Shown piece by piece: positions 22,401 to 33,127 of a stretch of 64,000 nt of DNA. The stretch's first letter is position 1. Every line of letters starts with the position of its first letter. A program made the position numbers and the translations under genes. A model generated the notes under the pieces. It saw only the letters and a program-made list of their open reading frames with translations, was not told where the DNA came from and did not search any database. Location of the stretch: the NCBI GenBank assembly GCA_963702475.1, contig CAVPCT010000002.1, positions 160,001 to 224,000 of the forward strand. The letters run 5' to 3'. This stretch comes from an uncultured Thermoleophilia bacterium (GTDB taxonomy: Bacteria; Actinomycetota; Thermoleophilia; UBA2241).

Positions 22401-22801
22401 ACCCCCACGCGCACCTCGACCGGCTGTCCGCCGATGCCCGGCAGGGCGTCGATCTCGTCGACCAGCCTCAGGGCGGCGCGCACGCCGCGCTCGGGGTCGT
22501 CCTCGTGCAGGGTGGGCACGCCAAAGACGGCCACCACGGCGTCGCCGATGAACTTCTCCACCGTTCCGCCATAGGCGTGCACCGCCCGCCGGGCCACCTC
22601 GTAGTAGCGGCGCAGAAGGGCGTTGACATCCTCGGGATCGTTCCGTTCCGAGAGGGCAGTGAAGCCGACGAGGTCGCAGAACAGGGTGGTGACCGTGCGG
22701 CGCTCCTCGAGGTGCGGTCGTGAACCCAGCAGCGCGCCGCAGTGCGGACAGGAGAGGACGGCCTCCGGGACGTCGCGACCACAAGAGGGGCAGGTGCTCA
22801 C
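19421..22801 (-). CDS. Zinc ribbon - class III adenylate cyclase - STAND/AAA NTPase - TM - degenerate trypsin-like - PDZ fusion protein
   Basis: CPSC/CPHC; FCDLVGFT, EKFIGDAV, GDAVNVAARLQ; GEPGIGKS, EDLHWAD, GGNPLF; hydrophobic helix; SGVIVSKDGLIYT and GGALVD; PGSPAAKAGL...GDI. GTG 22801 start inferred. Confidence 0.85.
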   Translation of the reverse strand: MSTCPSCGRDVPEAVLSCPHCGALLGSRPHLEERRTVTTLFCDLVGFTALSERNDPEDVNALLRRYYEVARRAVHAYGGTVEKFIGDAVVAVFGVPTLHEDDPERGVRAALRLVDEIDALPGIGGQPVEVRVGVNTGEVLVALDVDPSSGEGLLTGDAVNVAARLQAAAPPMAVAVGEATHAATERIFTFEACHPVIVKGKTAPLAAWIATAPLARTGSELRSFASTFVGREEELAGLRKLLDEAAETGHPRFALIVGEPGIGKSRLLAEFARRLDERPEVVTWRQGRCLPFGSNVTFWALSEIVRDSAGVLDSDGVARTEARLEAVLADRTDRDRLRGRLRPLLGLEAEDAGREDNFAAWRDFLAGLAAAGPAVVVVEDLHWADEGMLAFMDYLAQSSAEVPLLILATSRPELLERSGAGAGFCAAAEHIAVGPLSGDETAQLVLARLGAKSLPVKLQATLLERSGGNPLFAEELVRLLEDGDLLVTHGGQTMLKEGAELPTPGSIGALIAARLDLLGPVRKALLADAAVVGRTFWAGAVAAVGGEGPAAVFEGLHELVAKELVRPARSSSIEGEAEFVFIHALVCDVAYAQLTRADRAAKHAALARWLEERTAGRTEDMAEILAYHYATALEMATACGLFELEDELAGPTSRYLELAGGRAAPLDATAAAAHFARAERVAAEVAKPKRRFFLSRRARRTLRRRAPLLVAATAVIAVAFVAAIAVVAFRPTTQDEPSGPVQLTAQQIADKHGDSIVDISAKVRVADKQHRIVWKRVHESGVIVSKDGLIYTSDDPLGRWPVLIDPEVVTVGIYGNGSYHTLRGYKIKCVAGNDTTTLIKVDPGSLRLQPMPEGDSDSVRKGDRVICLSRLGGELLRSGGTVLSTYSGSQAVAGSKHRVLQMVTSNPTKSPMGGALVDTTGHLIAVMGPGYKNATEATGYRNLGALAGPGAATGVNYYRFTVDGVARGMQEYAQPVTLGIDYWGVLTPEATRTKLARSFGLGEQQGILIGGVMPGSPAAKAGLRGARQLLKYNGKWVQDDGSWYGVGGDIMLALDGTPTYTEEDVVGFLRHATPGSVVAVSALRFRSGALMTAPEGLSQQALHRHYWRPMTVKVTLGPEKPVSWIW

Positions 22802-23117
22802 CGTTCTCGCCCCCCGTGAGGTGCCACGCTGGCTCTCCGCAAGCGCATGCGATCGGCCCCCAGGGAACTGCTTCGGATGAGTGTACCCATCGGTCAACGG
22901 TCCGGAGGGTACCGGCCTCTCAGGGCGCGCGCGAGCCCCCGCACGCCTGCCGGTGCCGTCTGAGACGGTCGGACCGTCCGGGAGGACGCACCACTGTGGA
23001 GGGAACCATCCAGCGGCCGGAATCCCCCAGCCGGACGACCTCATCCACCTCCGCCGGGAGGTTCCGGCGTGGGCTCTGTCCGGTAGGCTCGCCCACGAGC
23101 AGAGCAGGAGGAGTGCC

Positions 23118-24065
23118 ATGAGAGCGGTGGTGTGTCCAAGATACGGAGGGCCGGAGGTCCTCGAGCTGCGAGATGTGCCCAAGCCCAGTCCCAGGGACGA
23201 CGAGGTCTGCATCAGGATCACGGCGACCGCGGTGACCGCCAGTGACCTCTTCATCCGTGGATCCCGGATACCCCTGCGGTTCCGCATCCCGATGCGCCTC
23301 ATGATCGGCGTGATGCGACCGCGCCGATCGATCATCGGCCTGGTACTGGCGGGGGAGATCGAGTCGGTCGGCCGGGACATCAGGCGCTTCAAGCCCGGCG
23401 ACCACGTCTATGGCCTCACGGGGTTCAACCTCGGCGCCTACGCCGAGTACACATGTATGAAGGAGACCGACTCGACGCACGGGTGCCTGGCGTTGAAGCC
23501 GGCGAACGTGACGTACGAGGAGGCGACTGCGGCGGCCTACGGCGGGTTGCTGGCCCTGCAGGCACTGGAGACGGGTGATATCCGGCGCGGGCAGCGGGTG
23601 CTCGTGTACGGGGCCTCCAGCACGTCGGGGACGATCGCGGTGCAGTACGCGAAACATCTCGGGGCGCACGTCACGGCGGTCTGCGGCACCGCCAACGTCG
23701 AGCTGGCGCAGTCCTTGGGCGCGGACGCCGTTATCGACTACACGAAGGTTGACGCTCTCGCATCCGGCGAACAGTACGACGTCGTGCTCGACGCGGTCGG
23801 CAAGGCGAAGACGTCGAAGCTGAAGGAGTCGTGCCGAGCACACGTGTCCGGCGCAGGCAGGTACGTGTCGATCGACGATGGCAGCCTGCTGCTCGACTCG
23901 GGCCGGCTGACGCGGGTGAAGGAGTTGGTCGAGGCCGGAGCGATCAGACCGGTCGTGGACCGGTGTTACCCGCTGGACGACATCGCCGAGGCGCACAGGT
24001 ACGTGGAGCACGGACACAAACGCGGGGGAGTGGCGATTACGGTCGGGCACGAGGTCGTGGCCTGA
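23118..24065 (+). CDS. NAD(P)-dependent MDR-family oxidoreductase (RTN4IP1/quinone reductase-like)
   Basis: MRAVV..YGGPEVL, GAYAEY, VLVYGAS, LGADAVIDY, AHRYVE.GH. AGGAGG SD. Confidence 0.9.
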   Translation: MRAVVCPRYGGPEVLELRDVPKPSPRDDEVCIRITATAVTASDLFIRGSRIPLRFRIPMRLMIGVMRPRRSIIGLVLAGEIESVGRDIRRFKPGDHVYGLTGFNLGAYAEYTCMKETDSTHGCLALKPANVTYEEATAAAYGGLLALQALETGDIRRGQRVLVYGASSTSGTIAVQYAKHLGAHVTAVCGTANVELAQSLGADAVIDYTKVDALASGEQYDVVLDAVGKAKTSKLKESCRAHVSGAGRYVSIDDGSLLLDSGRLTRVKELVEAGAIRPVVDRCYPLDDIAEAHRYVEHGHKRGGVAITVGHEVVA

Positions 24066-24211
24066 CTGCCAGGACCGGCTGAGGAGGCCGGCGGGGCGCC
24101 CGCGGCGACTCAGCCGCGTCGACGGCCCGTGCGCCTTAGACGGCGCGGCCGGTCCGCCGTCCTCGAGGCGGCCGATGCGCCGCCTCCGCGCCGGTGGTAC
24201 GGTGGCCGGAG

Positions 24212-25393
24212 ATGATGATCCGGCCCCACAGACTCCGCGCATGGCTGCTCGCGGCACTCACGCTGGCCGCAGCCGGCGTCGCCGGTTGCGCCTCGCAGGC
24301 GAGCGGCGAGTCCGTGGCCGCGGTCGCGACCGGCGCGGCCGCGCTCCGGTCCTCGCCGGCGGCGCCGGTAGCGTCCTCGCCGGCGCCGAGCCTCGCTCCG
24401 CGCTCCGCGGTCGCCGGGTGGGGCGACCGCCGGCTGGCCGCGCAGCTGGTGATGTGCAGCGTGCCGGCGACCGACCCGCTCGCCGGCCGCAGGTACGTGC
24501 GCCTGGGCGTGGGCGGGATCGTGATCCTCGGCGCCGGGGCGCGCGGTGACATCGGCAAGGACCTGGCGTCCCTGCTCCGCACGGCGCCGCACGGCGTGAA
24601 GCCCTTCATCGCCAGCGATGAGGAGGGCGGGCAGGTGCAGCGGCTGCGGGATGTCATCTATCCGCTGCCGGCGGCCCGCGTGCAGGGCGGCTGGAGCGTG
24701 TCCAAGACGAGGTCCACCGCGAAGGACTACGGCGCCCGCCTGCGCAAGCTGCGCGTCTCGGTGGTGTTCGGGCCGGTCGCCGATCTGGACGTGCCCGGCC
24801 GCTACATGAGCTCGCTCGACCGCTGCTTCGCGTCGAAGCCCGACGACGTGGCGAGTCACGTCGTGGCCTGGGTCAAGGGGTTGGGGTCGTCCGGGGTGCT
24901 GGCGACGGTCAAGCACTGGCCCGGTCACGGTTGGGCGTCCGACACGCACGGTGGGGCGGCACGCATCCCCTCGCTCTCCAGGCTCCGCAGGGAGGACATG
25001 GTCCCCTTCGAGCGGGCCTTCGACGCCGGCGTGCCGCTCGTCATGGTCGGCCACCTGCAGTCGAAGGGCCTCACCGAGCCCGGCACGCCGGCGAGCCTCT
25101 CGCCCTCGGCGATGCGCTACCTGCGCGCGCGCGTGGGCGGGAGAACGGTCATCGTCACCGACTCGCTGTCCATGGCGGCGACCACCAAGGCGCTCGGGAT
25201 CGGCACGCCGGCGGCAGCGGTGCGTGCCCTCCAGGCCGGGGCGGACCTCGCGCTCTTCGCCTCGGCGGACCCGGACACGGTGATCGACGCCGTCACCGCG
25301 GCCATCAGGTCGGGGCGCCTGCCGCGGGCGCAGGCGGAGAAATCGGCGCAGCGCGTCCTGGAGCTCAAGCGACGGGCCGGCCTGGCGCCGTGA
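24212..25393 (+). CDS. Glycoside hydrolase family 3 beta-N-acetylhexosaminidase-like lipoprotein
   Basis: VAGC lipobox; DEEGGQVQRL, PVAD, KHWPGHG..DTH, MVGH, VTDSLSM, AGAD. Confidence 0.88.
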   Translation: MMIRPHRLRAWLLAALTLAAAGVAGCASQASGESVAAVATGAAALRSSPAAPVASSPAPSLAPRSAVAGWGDRRLAAQLVMCSVPATDPLAGRRYVRLGVGGIVILGAGARGDIGKDLASLLRTAPHGVKPFIASDEEGGQVQRLRDVIYPLPAARVQGGWSVSKTRSTAKDYGARLRKLRVSVVFGPVADLDVPGRYMSSLDRCFASKPDDVASHVVAWVKGLGSSGVLATVKHWPGHGWASDTHGGAARIPSLSRLRREDMVPFERAFDAGVPLVMVGHLQSKGLTEPGTPASLSPSAMRYLRARVGGRTVIVTDSLSMAATTKALGIGTPAAAVRALQAGADLALFASADPDTVIDAVTAAIRSGRLPRAQAEKSAQRVLELKRRAGLAP

Positions 25394-25563
25394 GGCCGAG
25401 CCTGTCGACCGCGTGCGCGCGCTCGCCGGTCGCGTGACGCCCGGCCGTACCTCAGTACGGGGGTACGCGCCCGCCCGGCTTTGCTAGACTCCGCGCCGGC
25501 GCCGGACATCGCGCCGGCAGCGCCGGGCAGTAGTCTGCCGCCGGCGGTCGAATCAGAGGACTC

Positions 25564-27144
25564 ATGAGCGACCACAAGCGCAAGCTCGCCCTCGCGGCGG
25601 TCATCGTCGCCTCCGCGACCGCCGTCTCGCGTCTCACCGGTCTGGGGCGCGAGGTGATCACGGCGGCGTTCTACGGCGTCGACCCCTCGTACAACACCTT
25701 CGTCTCGGTCTCGGTGATCCCGCAACTCGTGCAGCAGCTCTTCGCCGACGCGGCGATCAGCGCCGCCTTCGTGCCGGTGTTCACGGCGCTGCTCGCGAAG
25801 GGCGAACGCGAGCGGGCGTTCCGGCTGGCCGCGAACCTTCTCGGCCTCATCGTCGTCGTCGTGGGCGTCGCCGTAGCCCTGCTCGTCCTGTTCGCCGATC
25901 CGCTCACCGCGTGGATGTATCCGGAGCTCACGGCGACGACGGCCGGCGCCGAGCTTGCCGCACAGCTGCTGCGCATCCTCGTGCCGACCATCCTCTTCCT
26001 GTCGCTGGCCGGCGCCATCAGCGGCGTCCTCTACTCGCTCGAGCGCTTCACCATGCCCGCGGTGGTCTCCATCGTCTGGAACCTGACCATCATCGCCTCG
26101 ATCCTGCTGTTCCAGGAGTCGCTCGGCGTCGAGGCCATCGCCTGGGGCATGCTCGTCGGGACCGTGCTGGAGGTCGTCCTGCTGGCCGGCACCATGCGGC
26201 GCGCGGACCGCTGGCTCTGGCCGGGCTTCGGTCTGCGCGACCCGCTGCTCGGCAAGGTACTGCTCCTCATGGTGCCGATCACGATCACGCTCGGCGTGTT
26301 GAACTTCAACGCCCTCATCGGCACCTGGTTCGCCCAGTTCGTCAGCGACAGCGCGGCGGCGGAGATCGGCTACGCCTTTCGCCTGTACCAGCTGCCGCAG
26401 GGCATCTTCGCTGTGACCATCGGCACGGTGCTGTTCCCGTCGCTCTCGCTCTTCGCGGCCGAGCACGACGAGGTGCGCTTTCGCGAGACGGTCTCCTTGG
26501 GCGTGCGGCAGATGGTCTTCGTCTCGCTGCCCTTCGTGGCGTGGTTCCTGGTCATGCCCGGGGCCTTCGTGCGGCTCGTCTACCAGCGCGGCCAGTTCGA
26601 CGCGCAGGCCACGTCCGAGGTGGCGGCGGCCCTCGCCTTCTTCGCCGTGGGCCTGGCGTTCGCCAATGCCAACATCATGTTCAACCGCGCCTTCCAGAGC
26701 ATGCAGCGGCCGCTGCTGCCGATGTACGTGAGCTTCGGCAACCTCGTCGTCAACGTGCTGCTCTGCTGGGCTCTCTACAGACCGCTCGGCGTGGCCGGCA
26801 TCACGCTGAGCATGGCGACCGTGTCGGCCGTGAACTTCGTCGCCCTGTTCGTGCTCCTGCGGCGGCGCGTGGGGCGCATCGACGGCCGCCGCATGGCCGG
26901 CGCCGCCGGCGGAGCCCTGGTCTGCGGCGGCGCGCTGGCGGCCGTGTCCTACGGCGTCTGGCGTGCTCTGCAGGGGTTCGCCGCCGGCGGCTTCTGGCCG
27001 CTGCTCGTGAGCGTGCTTGCGGCGGTGGCCGCCGGCGGCGCGGTCTATCTCGTCTTCGCGCGCCTGCTCAGGCTGGAAGAACTGGCCGTCGTGCGGCAGG
27101 TGCTGCGTCGACGTCGGCGCCGCGGGGTCGACGTCGCCGGCTGA
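25564..27144 (+). CDS. murJ: Lipid II flippase MurJ (MviN)
   Basis: SRLTGLGRE, AISAAFVPVF, RLYQLPQGIF...TVLFP, QRGQF; many TM helices. Confidence 0.93.
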   Translation: MSDHKRKLALAAVIVASATAVSRLTGLGREVITAAFYGVDPSYNTFVSVSVIPQLVQQLFADAAISAAFVPVFTALLAKGERERAFRLAANLLGLIVVVVGVAVALLVLFADPLTAWMYPELTATTAGAELAAQLLRILVPTILFLSLAGAISGVLYSLERFTMPAVVSIVWNLTIIASILLFQESLGVEAIAWGMLVGTVLEVVLLAGTMRRADRWLWPGFGLRDPLLGKVLLLMVPITITLGVLNFNALIGTWFAQFVSDSAAAEIGYAFRLYQLPQGIFAVTIGTVLFPSLSLFAAEHDEVRFRETVSLGVRQMVFVSLPFVAWFLVMPGAFVRLVYQRGQFDAQATSEVAAALAFFAVGLAFANANIMFNRAFQSMQRPLLPMYVSFGNLVVNVLLCWALYRPLGVAGITLSMATVSAVNFVALFVLLRRRVGRIDGRRMAGAAGGALVCGGALAAVSYGVWRALQGFAAGGFWPLLVSVLAAVAAGGAVYLVFARLLRLEELAVVRQVLRRRRRRGVDVAG

Positions 27145-27246
27145 CGCGGCGAGAGCGCCGGCGCCGTCCTGGGTCCGCGCCGCACGGGCCGGCTGCGGGG
27201 CGACCCTGGGCGACCGCCCCGCGCGCAGCCTGTATCATTGGCGGTC

Positions 27247-29063
<1,817 letters not shown>

Positions 29064-29064
<1 letters not shown>

Positions 29065-29666
29065 TGGCGGCGGCCGCGGACCCGCGACCTGGCCCCGCCC
29101 CGGCGTCTCAGGACGGCCCGCACCTCGCGCTGCCGTCGTCGGGGTACCAGGGCTCGTTCCTCGCCGCTCTGGGCGAGTACCACGCCGAGGGGCGGCATCG
29201 CGAGCTCGACGTCCTCCACCTCACCGATCGTGTGGAGTTCGTGCGCTATGTCGCCGCGCTCCTCGAGGACGCCGCGCACCCGGGCGCGCCAGACCGCTAC
29301 GTGCTTGGCGCTTTCGGCGTGCGCGTCGAGCCGCCGCTCGACGGCTACGTGCCGCAGACAGTGCTCTGGTGGGTGGACGGTGACGAGTACCTGGGACGCG
29401 TGAACCTGCGGCGCGACCTGAACAGGTCGCTGCTGCGGCGCGGCGGCCATATCGGCTACGAGATCCGCCCATCGGTGCGCCGGCGGGGGCATGCCACGGC
29501 GATGCTGGCGGCGACGCTGCCGCTGGCCGCGGCGCTCGGCATCGCCCAGGCGCACATCGACTGCGACGTGACCAACGTCGCCTCGCGGCGCGTGATCGAG
29601 AAGAACGGCGGGGTGTTCGAGCGCGAGGAGCGGGGCTCGTACTACTTCCTGGTGCCGACGGCGTGA
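29064..29666 (+). CDS. GNAT family N-acetyltransferase
   Basis: GGHIGYEIRPSVRRRGHA...NVASRRVIEKNGG; TGATG overlap with the lepA stop. It is the 3' part of track ORF 25911..29666. Confidence 0.9.
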
Positions 29667-30919
29667 ACGGGGGGATGGGGGGCCGCCGGCAGGCCGCCGC
29701 CCCGGCCGGCGTCACGCCGGCCGCCGTGCCCGCCTTGCATGCCGTCCCGCCGGCCGTCGCCGGCGCCTTCTCGGGCCCGGTGCGGCACTTGTACGTGCAC
29801 GTGCCCTTCTGCCGGGCCCGCTGCGACTACTGCGACTTCGTCTCATGCGCCGTCGGCGCGCCCGGCCGGCCGGGGCAGGGCGCCCTCTTCGACGCGTTCG
29901 TCGCCGCGGTGGCCGCCGAGTTGGAGCGCGAGCGGGCGGCGCACGACGTGCGCCACCTCATGACGCTCTACCTCGGCGGCGGGACGCCGAGCCTGCTCGG
30001 GCCGGAACGGCTCGAGCGGCTGCTCGAGGTCTTCCGGCTCTCGCTCACGCCGCGCGCCGAGGTCACGGTGGAGGCGAACCCTGAAGACGTGGACGCCGCC
30101 TTCGCCGCGTGGGCGGCGGGGTGGGGCGGCGACGCCGGCCGGTCAGGCGGACTGCGCGTCTCGCTGGGCGTGCAGAGCTTCGCGCCGCGTCTGCGCCTGG
30201 CTCTCGGCCGGCGGGCGCAGGCCGACCCGGCCGAGGCGTTCGCGCGCCTGCGCGACGCCGGTGCGCGTGCGCTGTCACTCGACCTGATCCACGGCATCCC
30301 CGGTCAGACCCCGGCGGACGTGGAGGCCGACATCGCGGCCGTGCTCGCCCTCGAGCCGGGCCACATCTCCTGGTACGAGCTCACCCCGGCCGCCGCGACG
30401 CCTCTCGCCGGCAGGCTCGCGGCGCTGCCGGCCGTCGACCCCGACGAGGCCGCCGCCCGCTACCGGCGTGTCGTACGCGCGCTGGCGCGCGCCGGCTACG
30501 ACTGGTACGAGGTCAGCAACCATGCCCTGCCCGGGCAGAAGGCGCGCCACAACCTGGCGTACTGGCGCGCCCGGCCCTACCTCGGCCTGGGCCCGGGCGC
30601 CGTGAGCACCGTCGGCGCCCGGCGCTGGACGAACGCGCCCGACCCGGCGGCCTGGGCCGGCGCCCTGGCCACCGGCCACGAGCCGCCGCGGCACGTCGAG
30701 CCCCTGAGCGACGACGTCCGCGCCCGCGAACGCCTGCTCCTCGCGGCCCGGTGCGGGGACCGGGTCCCCCTGCCGGAGGTGGCGTCCGTGCTCGACCGTG
30801 AGGCCGCCGCCGGCCTCGCCCTCGCTGGATTGGTTTCCCTGCACAGTGGTACAATCCGGGTGACGCGAAAGGGGCGGTACGTCGCCGGCGAGGCGTGCGT
30901 ACGTCTGTTTCGCGCTTGA
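29663..30919 (+). CDS. hemW: Radical SAM heme chaperone HemW (HemN-like)
   Basis: YVHVPFCRARCDYCDF, YLGGGTPS, VEANP, SLGVQSF, YEVSN, HNLAYW; lies between lepA and hrcA. Confidence 0.9.
   Translation: MNGGMGGRRQAAAPAGVTPAAVPALHAVPPAVAGAFSGPVRHLYVHVPFCRARCDYCDFVSCAVGAPGRPGQGALFDAFVAAVAAELERERAAHDVRHLMTLYLGGGTPSLLGPERLERLLEVFRLSLTPRAEVTVEANPEDVDAAFAAWAAGWGGDAGRSGGLRVSLGVQSFAPRLRLALGRRAQADPAEAFARLRDAGARALSLDLIHGIPGQTPADVEADIAAVLALEPGHISWYELTPAAATPLAGRLAALPAVDPDEAAARYRRVVRALARAGYDWYEVSNHALPGQKARHNLAYWRARPYLGLGPGAVSTVGARRWTNAPDPAAWAGALATGHEPPRHVEPLSDDVRARERLLLAARCGDRVPLPEVASVLDREAAAGLALAGLVSLHSGTIRVTRKGRYVAGEACVRLFRA
30847..30855 (+). promoter_or_regulatory. Putative extended -10 promoter for hrcA-dnaJ inside the hemW 3' end
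   Basis: TGGTACAAT about 80 nt upstream of the hrcA start; same TGnTAnnnT form seen before deoC, murJ and the flavoprotein gene. Confidence 0.45.
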
Positions 30920-30936
30920 CGTTTAAGGGGGCACGG

Positions 30937-31956
30937 GTGTCACTCACGCCAAGGCAAGAAGGGGTCCTGCGGGCCGTCATCGAGGAGTACATCGCCTCGG
31001 GCGCGCCGGTCGGCTCCAAGCACCTCAGTGAGCACTTCGCCTTCGGGGTCGCCGCCTCCACCATCCGTAACGACCTCGCCGACCTCGAGGACATGGGCAT
31101 GCTCGCTCACCCCCACACGTCTGCCGGACGGGTGCCCACCGACACGGGCTACAGGCACTATGTGAACGTCATCGTCGGCGAGCGTCGAGAGGCGCCGCCG
31201 GCGTTCTTCGCCGAGCGCGACCGCGCCCGCAGCGAGATCGACGACGCTCTGCGCGAGACGGCTGAGGCCCTCTCGCGCGTCACCGAACTGCTCGCCGTCG
31301 TCTCGGCTCCCGCGATGACGACGTCGACCATCCGCCACGTCGAGGTCCTCTCCCTGCAGCCGCACCTGGTCATGGTCGTGATCATCACCACGTCGGGGCA
31401 GGTCACCAAGCGCGTCTTCCAGCTGCAGAGGGCCGTGGACGAGGGCCTGGCGGAGTTCGCACGGGTGTACCTCAACGAACGCCTGGTGGGTGCGCAGCTG
31501 GGCACGCGCCGCATCGCCGCGGCCTTCGACAGCCTGGACCTGCGGCCCCGGGAGCGCGCGTTCCTCGAGACGGTGCGCCCGGCGTTCGAGACGCCCGGAC
31601 CGGGCGATCTGGAGAGTCTCCATTTCGGCGGCACTTCGCGCCTGTTCGACAACCTCAGCCGCGAGGGCGCGGGACATCTCCACGAGGTCCTCGAGATGCT
31701 CGAGCACAGGTACAACCTGCTCGAGTTGCTCTCGGACGCTCTGCGCGAGGACGGCGTGTACCTCCGTATCGGCCACGAGATGACGCCACCATCGCTGCAG
31801 GAGTGCTCGCTCGTGGCGGCCAACTACGGCGTGGCCAACCGCAACCTGGGTACGGTCAGCGTGCTCGGGCCCACGCGCATGGACTACCAGCTTGTGATCG
31901 CCACGGTGCGCGCGACCGCGGACAGCCTCAGTTCCTACCTCGAAGAGACCTGGTGA
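30937..31956 (+). CDS. hrcA: Heat-inducible transcription repressor HrcA
   Basis: PVGSK, STIRNDLADLE, HPHTSAGRVPTDTGYR, GPTRMDY. Confidence 0.96.
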   Translation: MSLTPRQEGVLRAVIEEYIASGAPVGSKHLSEHFAFGVAASTIRNDLADLEDMGMLAHPHTSAGRVPTDTGYRHYVNVIVGERREAPPAFFAERDRARSEIDDALRETAEALSRVTELLAVVSAPAMTTSTIRHVEVLSLQPHLVMVVIITTSGQVTKRVFQLQRAVDEGLAEFARVYLNERLVGAQLGTRRIAAAFDSLDLRPRERAFLETVRPAFETPGPGDLESLHFGGTSRLFDNLSREGAGHLHEVLEMLEHRYNLLELLSDALREDGVYLRIGHEMTPPSLQECSLVAANYGVANRNLGTVSVLGPTRMDYQLVIATVRATADSLSSYLEETW

Positions 31957-31978
31957 TGATCGTGACCCTTGACCGCCC

Positions 31979-33127
31979 ATGAAGCGCGACTACTACGACG
32001 TCCTCGGCGTGCGCCGCGACTCAGGCCAGGACGAGATCAAGAAGGCGTTCCGGCGCGTCGCCCGTGAGTGCCACCCCGACGTCAACCCGGACGACCCGGA
32101 CTGCGAAGCGCAGTTCAAGGAGGCCGCAGAAGCCTACGAGGTGCTGAGCGACGCGGACTCGCGGGCCGTCTACGACCGCTACGGCTTCGACGGTCTCAAG
32201 GGCCGCAGCATGACCGACTTCGAACACGTCGGCTTCAACGACCTGTTCAACATCTTCTTCGGCGGCGGCATGTTCGACTCGGTGCTGCGCGACGCCGGGG
32301 GCATGTGGGGCGCCGCCGGAGGAGGCGCGCCCCAGCCGCGCGGCGACGATGTGGAAGCGCGGCTTCAGCTCACGCTCGCCGAGTCGGTGTTCGGCGTGTC
32401 CCGTGAGGTGGAGGTGACCGCAGACGTCATCTGCGCGACCTGCGGGGGCAGCGGTGCGCGGCCGGGCACGGGTCGCGACACCTGTCCTCAATGCCACGGG
32501 AGTGGCCGCATGCGCGAGGTCTCGAGCCTGGGCGGCTTCGGGCAGTTCATCCGCACCAGTACCTGCAGCCTCTGCCGTGGCCAGGGCACCATCGTGCAGG
32601 ACCCGTGCGAGACGTGCCTCGGCGCCGGCAGGCTGAGGGCCACGCGCACCGTGACGGTGGACGTCCCGGCCGGCATCGCCGACGGGCAGCGTCTACGCCT
32701 GGGTGGCGAGGGCGGCGCCGGCTCCCTGGGCGGCCGCCCCGGTGACCTGTACGTGGCCGTCGCCGTCGAGCCGCACGAACACCTCGTGCGCGACGGCGAC
32801 GACCTGGTGTACCGCCTGGACATCACCATGGTCGACGCGGCGCTCGGCATGAAGGCACTCGTGCCCGCGCTCGACGGAGAGGTGGAGGTGGACCTGAAGC
32901 CCGGCACGCAGCCGGGCGAGGTCAAGAGGTTCCGCAACCGCGGCGTGCCGGCCCTTCAGGGTCGCGGCCGCGGTGATCTTCTGGTCGTCGTCAGCGTCCA
33001 GGTGCCGCACCACCTCGACGCGAAGCAGCGCGACCTGCTGGAGCAGTTCGCGGAGCTCACCGACGGCGAGAACTACGAGCCCGACCAGAGCTTCTTCGAC
33101 AAGGTCAAGGCCGTCTTCCGCCAGTGA
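31979..33127 (+). CDS. dnaJ: Molecular chaperone DnaJ
   Basis: J-domain HPD, G/F region and four CxxCxGxG repeats. Confidence 0.97.
   Translation: MKRDYYDVLGVRRDSGQDEIKKAFRRVARECHPDVNPDDPDCEAQFKEAAEAYEVLSDADSRAVYDRYGFDGLKGRSMTDFEHVGFNDLFNIFFGGGMFDSVLRDAGGMWGAAGGGAPQPRGDDVEARLQLTLAESVFGVSREVEVTADVICATCGGSGARPGTGRDTCPQCHGSGRMREVSSLGGFGQFIRTSTCSLCRGQGTIVQDPCETCLGAGRLRATRTVTVDVPAGIADGQRLRLGGEGGAGSLGGRPGDLYVAVAVEPHEHLVRDGDDLVYRLDITMVDAALGMKALVPALDGEVEVDLKPGTQPGEVKRFRNRGVPALQGRGRGDLLVVVSVQVPHHLDAKQRDLLEQFAELTDGENYEPDQSFFDKVKAVFRQ

Noticed and set aside
30840-31980. CIRCE operator near hrcA/dnaJ
   Set aside because: No TTAGCACTC-N9-GAGTGCTAA-like inverted repeat found by eye.
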